Source: Candidatus Binatia bacterium
GTDB taxonomy: Bacteria; Desulfobacterota; Binatia; Bin18
Direction: 5' to 3'
Assembly (NCBI GenBank): GCA_963664395.2
Contig: OY761159.2
Location: 192,001 to 256,000 of the forward strand
DNA length: 64,000 nucleotides
Part shown: piece after piece, positions 1 through 10,928 of the stretch
Layout of the letters: each line of letters opens with the position of its first letter
Position numbering within the stretch: position 1 is the stretch's first letter
The notes under the pieces: model-generated
Database searches by the model: none
What the model was told of the DNA's origin: nothing
Seen by the model: the letters and a program-made list of their open reading frames with translations, nothing else
Translations under genes and position numbers: made by a program

Positions 1-799
1 CTAGGGCCAGCGCCCAATCCTGTGCGCCCAGGAGCGTCCGATAGCCGTCGGACAGCGGGAGCGTTTGGGCCTCAACAACTGCGCCGACCTGACTGGCTTC
101 ACACAGGTGACCCAAATCCTGGAGCAGCCCGTCGCTGACATCAATCATAGCGGTCGCAAGATGTTGGGCAGCGAGTTCTTGTCCGACCGTGACACGGGCG
201 GTCGGGCATAAGAAGCGCTGTTTCAACTGTTGGACGGCAAGGCTCTCGGCATCTCCAGCCAGTTCCCCAGTGAGGATGCGCAAGCCTAATGCCGCGTCAC
301 CCAGAGTTCCAGTCACGTACACATCATCCTCGACGTGCGCGCCAGAACGAACGATCGGCCCGTGCGGGGTCTGCCCCAGGAGAGAAACCGAAATCGTAAA
401 AACAGGGGCGGCACTCATATTGCCGCCGATGAGCGTGGTCTGCATCTCCTGAGCAGCATCAAGGAAACCATCAAAGAAGGCGTCCAGATCTTCGACGGCA
501 TGGTCTTGGGGTACGCCCAAACTTAATAAGGCGAAGGTCGGCTCGCCTCCCATGGCTGCAACGTCACTCGCATTGACGGCAAAGGCTTTCTGTCCCAAGA
601 CAAAAAAAGGTGTCCACTCACACCGGAAGTGAACACCTGCAATCATGGCATCGGTTGTCAGCAGCGTTGTTCCTGATAGTGAGAGTGCGGCGCAGTCATC
701 GCCAATGCCGAGCTGGATCCGAGGATCATGGCTGGCCTGCGGCAAGCGCTCACGGAGGCGGCGCAAAAAGGAGAACTCACCGAGATCCCGTATTTTCAT
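1..799 (-). CDS. thiL: Thiamine-monophosphate kinase (runs off the window edge)
   Basis: Manual translation from ATG at 799: MKIRDLGEFSFLRRL...LGIGDDCAAL...VNASDVAAM; GEF, GDD and NxSDxAAM motifs of ThiL. Not in the ORF track because it has no stop in the window. Confidence 0.92.
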   Translation of the reverse strand, partial: MKIRDLGEFSFLRRLRERLPQASHDPRIQLGIGDDCAALSLSGTTLLTTDAMIAGVHFRCEWTPFFVLGQKAFAVNASDVAAMGGEPTFALLSLGVPQDHAVEDLDAFFDGFLDAAQEMQTTLIGGNMSAAPVFTISVSLLGQTPHGPIVRSGAHVEDDVYVTGTLGDAALGLRILTGELAGDAESLAVQQLKQRFLCPTARVTVGQELAAQHLATAMIDVSDGLLQDLGHLCEASQVGAVVEAQTLPLSDGYRTLLGAQDWALAL

Positions 800-805
800 A
801 CACCC

Positions 806-1924
806 TTATCCAAACAGTTCTTTGACCTTATCAAAAAATCCTTTGGAGATGGGATGCAACTCACCCCCATTAAGCCGAGCGAACTCTTCCAGCAGCTCTT
901 TCTGCTTGGCCCCAAGTTTTGTGGGGGTTTCAACCACGACCCGAACGAGTTGGTCGCCTCGCCCACCACCGCGCAAATCTACGATGCCCTTTCCTCGGAG
1001 CCGAAAGACACTGCCCGACTGCGTACCGGCCGGCACTTTCATTTTGATCTTTCCCTCAAGCGTGGGTGCTTCGATATCGGCGCCAAGAGCTGCCTGTGGA
1101 AAGCTGATGGGCAACTCACAGATCACCTCATTGTCTTGCCGCTCAAAAAGCGGGTGCTCTCCGACCTGGATCGTGACATACAGGTCTCCAGAAATACCGC
1201 TAGCCGGTCTGGCACCCCCTTCCCCACGCAGCTTGAGCCGAGAGCCGGAGTCAACCCCGCCAGGAATTTTAATCTGCAGGTTCGACGTTTTACGCACCGC
1301 GCCAACGCCATGACACTCCGTACACGGATCGGTCACCACTGATCCCTGACCACCACACTGGTTGCACGTTCGGGCCACCGTAAAAAAGCCTTGTTGAAAA
1401 CGCACCTGGCCACTCCCGCGACAGGTGCCGCACGTCTGTGGCCGCGTGCCTGGTTTCGCCCCAGTCCCATGACAGGTCGCACACGTCGCCCGGCGTGGAA
1501 TAGCAACCGTCTTTTCCGTACCGAACGCGGCCTCTTCGAAGGAGACGGCGAGACTATAACTGAGATCCTCGCCACGCTGCTGACGCCCCCGTCCACCCCG
1601 ACTGCCACCACCGAAGAAGTCGCCAAAAATATCGCCGAAGACATCTTCGAAGTTCGTGGAAAAATCGGCCCCTCCACTAAACCCGCCCCCACCCTGCTCA
1701 AACGCCGCCTGACCAAAACGATCATACCGGGCTCGTTTCTCCGGGTCATTGAGCACTTGGTAGGCTTCTGAGAGTTCCTTAAATTTCTCTTCGGCCGCTT
1801 TGTCTCCTGGATTACGATCCGGATGGTAGCGTAAGGCAGCTTTGCGGTATGCCTTTTTCAGTCCCTCTGCGCCTACGTCCGGACTCACATCTAGTCGCTC
1901 ATAATAGTCGGATTTACTTGCCAT
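806..1924 (-). CDS. dnaJ: Chaperone DnaJ
   Basis: J-domain with HPD, G/F-rich linker, four CxxCxGxG repeats. Confidence 0.98.
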   Translation of the reverse strand: MASKSDYYERLDVSPDVGAEGLKKAYRKAALRYHPDRNPGDKAAEEKFKELSEAYQVLNDPEKRARYDRFGQAAFEQGGGGFSGGADFSTNFEDVFGDIFGDFFGGGSRGGRGRQQRGEDLSYSLAVSFEEAAFGTEKTVAIPRRATCATCHGTGAKPGTRPQTCGTCRGSGQVRFQQGFFTVARTCNQCGGQGSVVTDPCTECHGVGAVRKTSNLQIKIPGGVDSGSRLKLRGEGGARPASGISGDLYVTIQVGEHPLFERQDNEVICELPISFPQAALGADIEAPTLEGKIKMKVPAGTQSGSVFRLRGKGIVDLRGGGRGDQLVRVVVETPTKLGAKQKELLEEFARLNGGELHPISKGFFDKVKELFG

Positions 1925-1944
1925 ACCCGCCCCTATTCCCTGAT

Positions 1945-1983
1945 AATAAAAACCCCCACTTCCAACTGTAGGAGAAGTGGGGG
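1945..1983 (-). terminator. Intrinsic terminator/attenuator between dnaK and dnaJ
   Basis: 10-bp stem cccccacttc/gaagtggggg (1953-1983) followed on the minus strand by TTTTTATT. Confidence 0.7.
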
Positions 1984-2020
1984 CCTTAAGACAAGACGGT
2001 CTCGGTACACTTGTACGAAG

Positions 2021-3958
2021 TTACTTCACTTCTTCAAAGTCTGCGTCAACAACGTTGTCGGTCTCTTTTTTCTGGTCACTCCCTGCGCTGCTGCTATCTG
2101 TCGGCCCATCACCGGGAGCGGCCTGCCCACCTGTTGCGTCCGCTTGTTCTTGCGCCGCTTTTGCGTACATCGCTTCAGCCAGCTTGTGAGAAGCTTGGGT
2201 AAGTTCTTCTGTGACCGTCTTCATTGCCTCGGCATCATCACCCTCCAACACTTTCTTGGCTTTCTCTAACGCTACCTCGATATTACTCACCGTTTCGGCA
2301 TCGGCTGCGTCTTTGTGCTCTGCCAGGGATTTCTCGCTTGAATAGATCAGCGAATCAAGCTGATTATGAGCCTCAATGCGCGTCCTTTTCTTCTGGTCCT
2401 CTTCGGCGTGAGACTCAGCATCCTGAACCATACTCTTGATTTCTTCCTCAGACAGTCCACTGGAGGCCGTAATTTGAATCGATTGCTCTTTTCCGGTGCC
2501 AAGATCTTTGGCGTTGACGTGAACAATACCATTGGCGTCAATATCAAAGGTCACCTCGACTTGAGGAATGCCGCGTGGCGCGGGTGGGATCCCGACAAGA
2601 TCAAACTGTCCCAGGAGCTTATTGTCCGCTGCCATTTCGCGTTCCCCTTGATAAACGCGAATCGTTACTGCCGTCTGACTATCTGCTGCGGTTGAGAAGA
2701 TCTGGCTTTTTTTGGTTGGAATCGTTGTATTTTTTTCAATTAACCGGGTGAAGACCCCCCCGAGCGTCTCGATCCCCAAGGACAACGGCGTGACGTCCAA
2801 CAGCAGTACGTCTTTCACATCACCGGTGAGCACCGCCCCCTGAATCGCTGCACCAACGGCCACCACCTCATCCGGATTCACACCTTTATGCGGCTCTTTA
2901 CCAAAAATCTTACTCACTCGCTCTTGCACGGCAGGCATACGCGTCATACCACCGACCAAGACAATCTCATCAATTTGCTGCGCGGACAGGCCCGCGTCTT
3001 TGAGCGCAGTGAGGCAGGGTGAACCGAGACGGTCGAGCAGGTCGGCGCACAGCGCTTCGAGTTTGGCCCGAGTAAGCTTTATCGTTAAATGTTTTGGCCC
3101 ACTCTGGTCAGCCGTAATAAAGGGAAGGTTGATATCGGTCTCCATTGAAGACGACAACTCACATTTGGCCTTCTCGCCGGCTTCTTTCAAACGCTGCAAG
3201 GCCATCCGGTCCGTACGCAGATCAACGCCCTGATCTTTTTTAAATTCATCAGCAAGATAATCGATAATACATTGATCGAAGTCATCGCCGCCCAGAAAAG
3301 TATCCCCGTTGGTAGCCTTGACCTCAAACACCCCGTCTCCCACTTCGAGAATAGAGACATCAAACGTTCCGCCTCCCAGGTCAAAAACCGCGATCTTTTC
3401 GTCCTTCTTTTTGTCGAGGCCATAGGCCAGCGAGGCCGCAGTCGGCTCGTTGATAATCCGCTGGATATTCAATCCGGCGATACGGCCAGCGTCCTTTGTT
3501 CCCTGCCGTTGGGAATCGTTGAAATAGGCAGGAACAGTCAGTACGGCGTCAGACACGGTCTCACCGAGATAGTCCTCAGCCGTTTGTTTCATTTTCTGTA
3601 AGGTAAAGGCTGAAATCTCTGGCGGACTGTAGCTCTTCCCCCGGCTCTCGACCCAGGCATCTCCGTTATCGGATTTTACAATCCGGTAGGGCAGCAGCTG
3701 TTTCGCCTTTTCCGCTTCTGCATCTTCAAAACGGTGGCCGATGAGCCGCTTAATCGAAAAAATTGTATTTTCTGGATTGGTCACAGCTTGGCGGCGGGCA
3801 ATCTGACCAACAAGCCGCTCCCCACTATCAGTAAAAGCGACTACAGAAGGAGTCGTACGATTTCCCTCAGCATTCGTGATCACTGTGGGCTCCCCCCCTT
3901 CCATCACTGCTACAACAGAGTTTGTTGTTCCCAGATCAATCCCAATAACCTTTCCCAT
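2021..3958 (-). CDS. dnaK: Chaperone DnaK (Hsp70)
   Basis: [17 protein letters not shown], acidic tail DADFEEVK. Confidence 0.99.
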   Translation of the reverse strand: MGKVIGIDLGTTNSVVAVMEGGEPTVITNAEGNRTTPSVVAFTDSGERLVGQIARRQAVTNPENTIFSIKRLIGHRFEDAEAEKAKQLLPYRIVKSDNGDAWVESRGKSYSPPEISAFTLQKMKQTAEDYLGETVSDAVLTVPAYFNDSQRQGTKDAGRIAGLNIQRIINEPTAASLAYGLDKKKDEKIAVFDLGGGTFDVSILEVGDGVFEVKATNGDTFLGGDDFDQCIIDYLADEFKKDQGVDLRTDRMALQRLKEAGEKAKCELSSSMETDINLPFITADQSGPKHLTIKLTRAKLEALCADLLDRLGSPCLTALKDAGLSAQQIDEIVLVGGMTRMPAVQERVSKIFGKEPHKGVNPDEVVAVGAAIQGAVLTGDVKDVLLLDVTPLSLGIETLGGVFTRLIEKNTTIPTKKSQIFSTAADSQTAVTIRVYQGEREMAADNKLLGQFDLVGIPPAPRGIPQVEVTFDIDANGIVHVNAKDLGTGKEQSIQITASSGLSEEEIKSMVQDAESHAEEDQKKRTRIEAHNQLDSLIYSSEKSLAEHKDAADAETVSNIEVALEKAKKVLEGDDAEAMKTVTEELTQASHKLAEAMYAKAAQEQADATGGQAAPGDGPTDSSSAGSDQKKETDNVVDADFEEVK

Positions 3959-4042
3959 ACCTGTTCTCCTTCATGTCGAGAGCTCATTCTCGACTCCCAT
4001 TGCAAAGCATTAGTTAATCATCACTCAAGCCGTTGGCAACCG

Positions 4043-4714
4043 CTACGACTCTGATTTTTCCACCTCTTCTGTCTGTGCATGCGGAGGTGCCTTTGAGACG
4101 CTGACCATTGCCGGGCGCAATAAACGATCGTGCAGTTGGTATCCAGGCTGATGTTCATCAAGCACGGTATTCGCAGCGATCTCGCTATTTTCGACATGCG
4201 CCACGGCTTCGTGCTTACTCGGGTCGAAAGACTCTCCTTTGGCCTTCACCCGGCTGACACCATGCTTCTCAATAGTGTCTATCAAGGACCGCAAGACTAA
4301 CCCCACTCCTTCAATAAGCGCTTGCCCACCTTCGTTCCCCTTGGCATGCTCGACTGCTCGGTCAAGATTATCGACGACAGGCAAAATATCCCGTAGAAGC
4401 GGTTCAACGGCAAAACGCAGCGACTCACTTTTCTCCCGCTGCATCCGTCGCTTAAAATTTTCCAGTTCAGCCCGTTCTCTCAGTAACAGGTCGTAATTCG
4501 CCTTAGCTTCCTCTTCTTTGGCTGCGAGCTGAGCTTGTAGGAGGGCGAGTTCATCAGGCTGATCCCGATCATTCTGCTCAGCACTCTCATCTTCTTCACT
4601 GAGTCCGCTCTGCTCAGTCTGTCCGGCCTGTCTGTCGAGCCGAGCCTCTTCTTGATTTTGTGGCGCTCCCGGCTCCTCCCGTTCTTCTGGTCGGGTGCGA
4701 TCCGATTTTTCCAT
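4043..4714 (-). CDS. grpE: Nucleotide exchange factor GrpE (alternative start 4726)
   Basis: AELENFKRR, FDPSKHEAV, GYQLHDRLLRPAMVSV; upstream of dnaK. Confidence 0.97.
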   Translation of the reverse strand: MEKSDRTRPEEREEPGAPQNQEEARLDRQAGQTEQSGLSEEDESAEQNDRDQPDELALLQAQLAAKEEEAKANYDLLLRERAELENFKRRMQREKSESLRFAVEPLLRDILPVVDNLDRAVEHAKGNEGGQALIEGVGLVLRSLIDTIEKHGVSRVKAKGESFDPSKHEAVAHVENSEIAANTVLDEHQPGYQLHDRLLRPAMVSVSKAPPHAQTEEVEKSES

Positions 4715-4849
4715 ACTTTCCCTCATTTTCCAGGCTCTCGCCGGACTCTTCTCACCCTTCTCTTTGTTCGCTTTTTCACCTATTTATGGTAGAAAAGGAG
4801 AGAGGTTACAGGGAATGTAAGAATCACCTCCTGGACTGTCAAGCTAAAA

Positions 4850-5692
4850 ATGCAAGAAGAACGCACCCGAGCTATTGTTCTGCGTACACGCGTACATGGA
4901 GAATCGGACAAGATCGTCACCTTCCTCACCCAGGACTGGGGGAAGATCACCGGCATTGCAAAAGGAGCAAAGCGTTCACGACGACGTTTTGTCAACGTTC
5001 TTGAACCTTTCACGCATATCCACCTCAGATTCCGGCCAAATCGCTCTGACGGACTGGCTTTTATCCTGGGCTGCGAGTGTGTCCAAGCGTTTCGACGCCC
5101 GAGTCAAGATCTGCAACGATTTGCTTTCGCGAGTTATATGGTTGAGCTGACAGACGTCATGGTGGCCGGACGGGAAGCCGGTCAAGAAATCTACGCTCTC
5201 CTCTTGCACAGTTTAATCTCGCTTGAAGAGTCGGCCACTCTCCCCGCCTTGTTTCTCTCGGCTTTTGAGCTGCGCCTCCTGGTTGAGGTGGGCTATGCCC
5301 CGAACATGAGGGCCTGTTACGTATGCGGGACCTCCATGGCAACGCGCACAACGGACGAGCCAGCCCTGCTGTTCTCTCCTCGTCTTAGCGGCCTGCTGTG
5401 TCCTCAATGTGATACTCAGGGCGGCGCAACGTTTCGCCTTTCTCCTGAAACGCTCATGCTACTCCAGACCTGGCTCCTCAGTGAGCACATACCCTACGTG
5501 TTCTCTGATGTTTCTCCACGAGTCTACCAGGAAACGCGCTCCCTTGTGTCCCGTCTTTTGGCGCAGCATTTGCCCCGGCCACTCAAATCACTCACCTTTC
5601 TTGAGCAGGTAAACGTGCCACCCGAGTCCTCTTATCCCTCCTCCTGCGTCTCCGGCCACGCCTCTTGCATTGACGACTCTCAGAGTGGGTGA
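4850..5692 (+). CDS. recO: DNA repair protein RecO
   Basis: AIVLR..GESDKIVTFLT..GKI...AKGAKRSRRRF, CxxC...CxxC zinc finger. Confidence 0.95.
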   Translation: MQEERTRAIVLRTRVHGESDKIVTFLTQDWGKITGIAKGAKRSRRRFVNVLEPFTHIHLRFRPNRSDGLAFILGCECVQAFRRPSQDLQRFAFASYMVELTDVMVAGREAGQEIYALLLHSLISLEESATLPALFLSAFELRLLVEVGYAPNMRACYVCGTSMATRTTDEPALLFSPRLSGLLCPQCDTQGGATFRLSPETLMLLQTWLLSEHIPYVFSDVSPRVYQETRSLVSRLLAQHLPRPLKSLTFLEQVNVPPESSYPSSCVSGHASCIDDSQSG

Positions 5693-5800
5693 TAGGGCTG
5701 CTCGCCTACGAGCAAGGCAAGACTTCTTCTCCTCATGAGAGAGGCAATCTTTATGAGAGGGACAATCTTGGTCATACAAACAACATAATAGGCTCAACTC

Positions 5801-8641
5801 ATGGATACCCAAGCACAAAACGAGTTGCAAAAAGGGAAGAAACGATCACGGCGCAACCGCTATGTCTACTCTTTTGGCGGGGGACAAGCCGATGGAAAGG
5901 CCAGTCTCAATTGGCTCCTCGGTGGCAAAGGCGCAAATCTGGCGGAAATGGCCGGCCTGGGGCTGCCCGTTCCGCCTGGTATGACCATCACGACCGAAGT
6001 CTGCACCCATTATTATACCTATGGCCATACGTATCCGCCGGAACTCCCACAGCAGGTTCGGACAGGTTTGAGGCGCGTCGAAAAAATCATTGGGCGGCGT
6101 TTTGGAAATGCAACAAATCCACTGCTCTTGTCGGTCCGGTCGGGCGCCCGCGTTTCCATGCCCGGCATGATGGATACAGTGCTGAACCTCGGCCTCAATG
6201 ATAAGACGGTGCAAGGTTTAATTCAGCAATCCGGCAACCCCCGCTTTGCCTATGACTGCTATCGTCGGTTCGTTCAGATGTACGGCGATGTCGTACTCGG
6301 CCTCAAGCCTCAATCAAAGGTAGAACGGGACCCCTTTGAGCGTATTATTGAGGAGAAAAAAACAGCAAAAGGGATAGAGCACGACACCCAATTCACGGCA
6401 GAGGACCTCCAAGCACTCGTCTCAGCATTCAAGGGTCTTATTCAGGAACGTTTGGGCCTGCCGTTTCCCGATGACCCGCACGATCAACTTTGGGGTGCGG
6501 TCGGCGCAGTATTCAGCTCGTGGAATAATAACCGAGCGATTTCGTATCGAAGGATTGAAAACATCCCGGACGAATGGGGCACCGCGGTAACGGTTCAGGC
6601 CATGGTGTTTGGCAACTCAGGGGATGATTGCGCTACCGGCGTCGCCTTTACCCGCGACCTCTCGACTGGTGCACCCGATCTGAACGGCGATTTTCTCATT
6701 AACGCCCAAGGAGAAGATGTTGTTGCCGGTATCCGAACGCCTCAACAGATTACCCTCTCGGCATCACGCCAGCGCGCCCAACGGGAAGGGTGTTCGGAAG
6801 ACGAGCGGAAAGAACGCTACCCGGCTCTGGAAGAGCAGATGCCGGACTGCTTCGATCAGTTGAAAGAGATCGCGCAAACGCTTGAATCCCACTACCGTGA
6901 TGCTCAAGATATCGAATTCACCGCAGAGCACGGCCAGTTATGGATGCTCCAAACCCGAACGGCCAAGCGAACGGCCGCGGCAGCCATCCAAATCGCCGTG
7001 GACATGGTCTACGAAGGTCGTATTGATGAAGAGCAAGCCATCCTTCGTGTCGCACCAGCTCAGCTTGACCAACTGCTCCATCCTATTCTTGACCCTGATG
7101 CACCAAAGGAAGCCGTCGCCCGTGGCTTGCCCGCCTCTCCGGGAGCCGTCAGCGGAGAAGTGGTGTTCTCCGCTGAGGATGCCGAAAGTGCGGCGCAAGC
7201 CGGGCGACAGGTTATCCTGGTTCGGATTGAAACCTCACCGGAAGACATTAATGGAATGAATGCCGCGGAAGGTATCCTCACCGCCCGCGGCGGCGCGAGC
7301 TCGCACGCAGCCCTGGTGAGTCGTGGTATGGGGAAGTGTGCCGTCGTCGGCTGTGAGGCGCTCGACATCGATTACGGCCAGCAGGAGGTGCGGGTGCGGG
7401 GCACGGATATCGTCCTCCGAGCCGGCGATTTGGTGACCTTGGACGGCTCAACCGGAGAAGTCTTTCAGGGACACGTTCCAACCAGTGAGCCGAGCATGGA
7501 AAGTCCGGCCTTCAAAGCCCTCATGACCTGGGCAGACCGCACCCGTCGCCTGCGTGTCCGAGCCAATGCCGATACCCCGCATGATGTGCAAGTCGCCCGG
7601 TCCTTTGGTGCAGAGGGGATAGGCCTGTGTCGAACGGAACATATGTTCTTTGAAGGCGATCGTATTGATGCCGTCCGAGAGATGATCCTGGCCGACGACA
7701 CGGTCGGTCGCATGCGTGCCTTAGAAAAAATTGTTCCCATGCAAAAGGCGGACTTTACCGGTATTTTACGTGCGATGGAGGGTCTGCCGGTGACCATCCG
7801 TCTCTTTGATCCACCCCTGCATGAATTTTTGCCTCAGACGGATAAGGACATTGACGAGTTGGCTGCTAAGCTGAACGTTCCAGCCGGACGCCTCCGGACA
7901 AAACGGAACGTTTTGCACGAACTGAACCCGATGTTAGGGCATCGGGGCTGTCGCCTGGGCATCACATTTCCAGAAATTTATGAAGCCCAAGTAACGGCGA
8001 TTATGGAAGCCGCTTGTGAACTGACACGCGCAGGGGTGAACGTTCTCCCCGAGATCATGGTTCCCCTTGTTGGCTATAAGCGAGAACTCGAAATCTTACG
8101 AAAACGGATTGCGCAGGTGTGCGCTGAAGTCATCTCATCCCAAGGCGCGACACCTCATTATTTGATTGGAACGATGATAGAAGTTCCACGTGCAGCCCTG
8201 CGAGCAGATCACATTGCAGAAGTCGCCGACTTCTTTTCCTTTGGGACAAACGACTTGACGCAAATGACACTTGGGCTGAGCCGAGACGACTCCGGGAGAT
8301 TTCTGCCTGACTACGTCTCACAGGGGATCTTCTCTCAGGACCCATTTGCCTCTCTCGACCTCGCTGGCGTCGGCCAGCTTGTTCACCTTGCCGTCCAAAA
8401 GGGACGAGCTGTTCGAGAGGGATTAAAAATGGGGATCTGCGGGGAACATGGAGGAGACCCGGCCTCGGTTGAGTTCTTTCACAACATCGGCCTGGACTAT
8501 GTGTCCTGTTCGCCCTATCGCGTGCCGATTGCGCGTCTCGCCGCGGCACACGCCGTCTTGAAGGAACAGATGGCGAACGAGCAGCGGGCTTCGCGGAAAG
8601 CATCAGCCAAGCCATCAAGTGCCGTCCTTGCGCAAGGGTGA
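5801..8641 (+). CDS. ppdK: Pyruvate, phosphate dikinase
   Basis: LLGGKGANLAEM, SMPGMMDTVLNLG, phospho-His motif GGASSHAA, GLCRTEHMFF, GICGEHGG. Confidence 0.98.
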   Translation: MDTQAQNELQKGKKRSRRNRYVYSFGGGQADGKASLNWLLGGKGANLAEMAGLGLPVPPGMTITTEVCTHYYTYGHTYPPELPQQVRTGLRRVEKIIGRRFGNATNPLLLSVRSGARVSMPGMMDTVLNLGLNDKTVQGLIQQSGNPRFAYDCYRRFVQMYGDVVLGLKPQSKVERDPFERIIEEKKTAKGIEHDTQFTAEDLQALVSAFKGLIQERLGLPFPDDPHDQLWGAVGAVFSSWNNNRAISYRRIENIPDEWGTAVTVQAMVFGNSGDDCATGVAFTRDLSTGAPDLNGDFLINAQGEDVVAGIRTPQQITLSASRQRAQREGCSEDERKERYPALEEQMPDCFDQLKEIAQTLESHYRDAQDIEFTAEHGQLWMLQTRTAKRTAAAAIQIAVDMVYEGRIDEEQAILRVAPAQLDQLLHPILDPDAPKEAVARGLPASPGAVSGEVVFSAEDAESAAQAGRQVILVRIETSPEDINGMNAAEGILTARGGASSHAALVSRGMGKCAVVGCEALDIDYGQQEVRVRGTDIVLRAGDLVTLDGSTGEVFQGHVPTSEPSMESPAFKALMTWADRTRRLRVRANADTPHDVQVARSFGAEGIGLCRTEHMFFEGDRIDAVREMILADDTVGRMRALEKIVPMQKADFTGILRAMEGLPVTIRLFDPPLHEFLPQTDKDIDELAAKLNVPAGRLRTKRNVLHELNPMLGHRGCRLGITFPEIYEAQVTAIMEAACELTRAGVNVLPEIMVPLVGYKRELEILRKRIAQVCAEVISSQGATPHYLIGTMIEVPRAALRADHIAEVADFFSFGTNDLTQMTLGLSRDDSGRFLPDYVSQGIFSQDPFASLDLAGVGQLVHLAVQKGRAVREGLKMGICGEHGGDPASVEFFHNIGLDYVSCSPYRVPIARLAAAHAVLKEQMANEQRASRKASAKPSSAVLAQG

Positions 8642-8698
8642 ACCCACCGAGGCTAGCGCAGCAGTAGGTATATTCTCACACCGAGGTCTCTTTTCGGC

Positions 8699-9568
8699 AT
8701 GACCACTTTGAGCGTGAATGGGGAAACTCGCGTCATCGGGATTTTCGGCCACCCCATTGCCCACAGCCGCTCACCGGCCATGCATAATGCCGCATTCCGG
8801 GCGCTGGGCTTACCGTATGTTTATCTTCCCTTCTCCGTCCCTCCGGCGGCACTCGGGAAAGCGGCCGCCGGTATTCGCGCCCTGAATCTTGTCGGGGTCA
8901 ACGTCACCGTCCCCCACAAGGAAAAGATTCTGCGCTATCTGGATGAACTCAGTCCAGCGGCCAGCCTGTATCGAGCCGTCAACACGGTCATCAATCGGCA
9001 CGGCACACTCTACGGAGAGAACACCGATGGGCAAGGATTTTTACGCTCGCTTGCGGAACGCAAACGCTCAGTCCGAGACCGTGAGGTGGTGCTGATTGGC
9101 GCAGGGGGGGCCGCCCGGGCCGTCTTGGTTGCACTCATTCAGGCCGGCAGCGCGCAGATTACCATTGTCAACCGAACGCCGGCCCATGCCAAAAAGCTGA
9201 TACGGGCCTACCAATCGCTAGGCATAACACAGCTCGTGTCTGCACCTCTGGAGGTACTCCAAGACCCCACCCGCCTGAAACGTGCCGCTCTCGTTGTGAA
9301 CAGTATCCCGCTCGGCCTTCACGACGACACCTTCCCGGCTCTCGACTACGGAGCGACGCCACGCAGATGTCTCTTTTATGATTTAGTCTACGGACCTCAG
9401 CCGACCACCTTTTTGCAACGTGCTCTCCACGCCCAACGCACGACACTGGACGGACGCCGCATGCTGTTGCATCAAGGCGCACTCGCCTTTGAACTCTGGA
9501 CCGGCTACCCTGCCCCACTCAGGGTCATGTCGAACGCGTTGACCTGGTCGCTCACCGTCCCGGCGTAA
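8699..9568 (+). CDS. aroE: Shikimate dehydrogenase
   Basis: GHPIAHSRSP.MHN, NVTVPHK, NTDG, GAGGAARA, DLVY. Confidence 0.95.
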   Translation: MTTLSVNGETRVIGIFGHPIAHSRSPAMHNAAFRALGLPYVYLPFSVPPAALGKAAAGIRALNLVGVNVTVPHKEKILRYLDELSPAASLYRAVNTVINRHGTLYGENTDGQGFLRSLAERKRSVRDREVVLIGAGGAARAVLVALIQAGSAQITIVNRTPAHAKKLIRAYQSLGITQLVSAPLEVLQDPTRLKRAALVVNSIPLGLHDDTFPALDYGATPRRCLFYDLVYGPQPTTFLQRALHAQRTTLDGRRMLLHQGALAFELWTGYPAPLRVMSNALTWSLTVPA

Positions 9569-9707
9569 GTTACCTGTCTACCGCCGCGCCCGCTGCACCC
9601 GCCGGGCCGGTCCGGGCCCGATGTTGGACTCCGCTTCACATCTGCGCTACCATTTTTCCTCTATTACGATCTGAGTGTCATTCCTTATATTCTGGAGAGC
9701 AATCCTC

Positions 9708-10928
9708 ATGGCCATCTTTCGCTGGCAGGGAGTCGGACCGAACGGAGAAACGCTAAAAGGCGAAATGGACGCCCCGGACGCGTCCGCAGTTGCGGCTCGT
9801 CTTCGCGTTCAGCGTATCCGCCCACTCCCGGACCGCATCCGCACAAAAAGGAGCGGCCTCGAGAGAGAGATTAAAATTCCAGGCTTAGGGGAGAAGGTCA
9901 AACAAAAAGACGTTGTCATTTTTACACGTCAGCTTGCGACCATGATTGATGCCGGACTGCCCATCATGCAGGCCCTGGACCTCTTGGCCCGGCAAACGGA
10001 AAATAAAACCTTTTCCGGGGTGATTGCCAAAGTCAAACACGAAGTCGAAAGTGGGTCAGCGCTCGCGGAGTCCCTGACCAAGCATCCCAAGGTCTTTGAC
10101 GAACTCTATATCAACATGGTCTCAGCGGGTGAGGTTGGAGGTATGCTCGATACCATTCTTACTCGCCTTGCCGCCTATATGGAAAAGGCCGTGAAACTCA
10201 AGTCGAAAGTCAAAAGTGCCCTGATTTATCCCATCAGCATTATCAGTGTCGCAGTGCTGGTGACCGCTCTTCTCCTTATTTATGTCATACCCGTATTTGG
10301 TGATATGTTTGCAAGTTTTGGCGAGGAACTCCCGCTCCCAACACAAATCGCGATCAATCTGAGTGACATCGCGATAGCCTATTTCTGGTATATAGTTGCG
10401 GGGAGTGTTGGAGCGGTTTTCGGTATCCGCACCTATCACAAGACGGAGCGGGGCAGACGAGTGATTGATGGGATTTTGCTCAAGCTGCCTATTTTTGGCG
10501 ACATTTTTCGTAAAGCAGCGGTCGCTCGGTTTACCCGAACGCTCAGTACTCTAGTCTCGTCCGGTGTCCCCATTCTTGACTCGTTAGCCATCACTGGAAA
10601 GACGGCGGGTAATAAAGTCATTGAAAATGCCGTTTTTGCCGCCCGCCAGAGTATTAGTGAAGGGAGGACACTGACTGACCCACTGATCGAAAGTCAAGTC
10701 TTCCCTCCAATGGTATGTCAAATGATTAACGTCGGGGAAACTACCGGCGCGTTGGACACCATGCTCTCTAAAATTGCCGATTTTTACGATGATGAGGTCG
10801 ATACTGCGGTCTCGAACCTCACAACTCTCATGGAACCCATGGTCATTCTGTTTCTCGGGGTCATCATTGGAGGCATTGTTGTCTCTATGTATATGCCCAT
10901 ATTCCAGCTCGGTACGGTCCTCAATTAA
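9708..10928 (+). CDS. pilC: Type IV pilus inner-membrane platform protein PilC
   Basis: FTRQLATMIDAGLP, AGEVGGMLD, GETTGALDTML; two T2SSF domains; GGAG before ATG 9708. Confidence 0.93.
   Translation: MAIFRWQGVGPNGETLKGEMDAPDASAVAARLRVQRIRPLPDRIRTKRSGLEREIKIPGLGEKVKQKDVVIFTRQLATMIDAGLPIMQALDLLARQTENKTFSGVIAKVKHEVESGSALAESLTKHPKVFDELYINMVSAGEVGGMLDTILTRLAAYMEKAVKLKSKVKSALIYPISIISVAVLVTALLLIYVIPVFGDMFASFGEELPLPTQIAINLSDIAIAYFWYIVAGSVGAVFGIRTYHKTERGRRVIDGILLKLPIFGDIFRKAAVARFTRTLSTLVSSGVPILDSLAITGKTAGNKVIENAVFAARQSISEGRTLTDPLIESQVFPPMVCQMINVGETTGALDTMLSKIADFYDDEVDTAVSNLTTLMEPMVILFLGVIIGGIVVSMYMPIFQLGTVLN

Noticed and set aside
645-1771. Long plus-strand ORFs (222, 204, 126 aa)
   Set aside because: Antisense shadows of dnaJ with no motifs.
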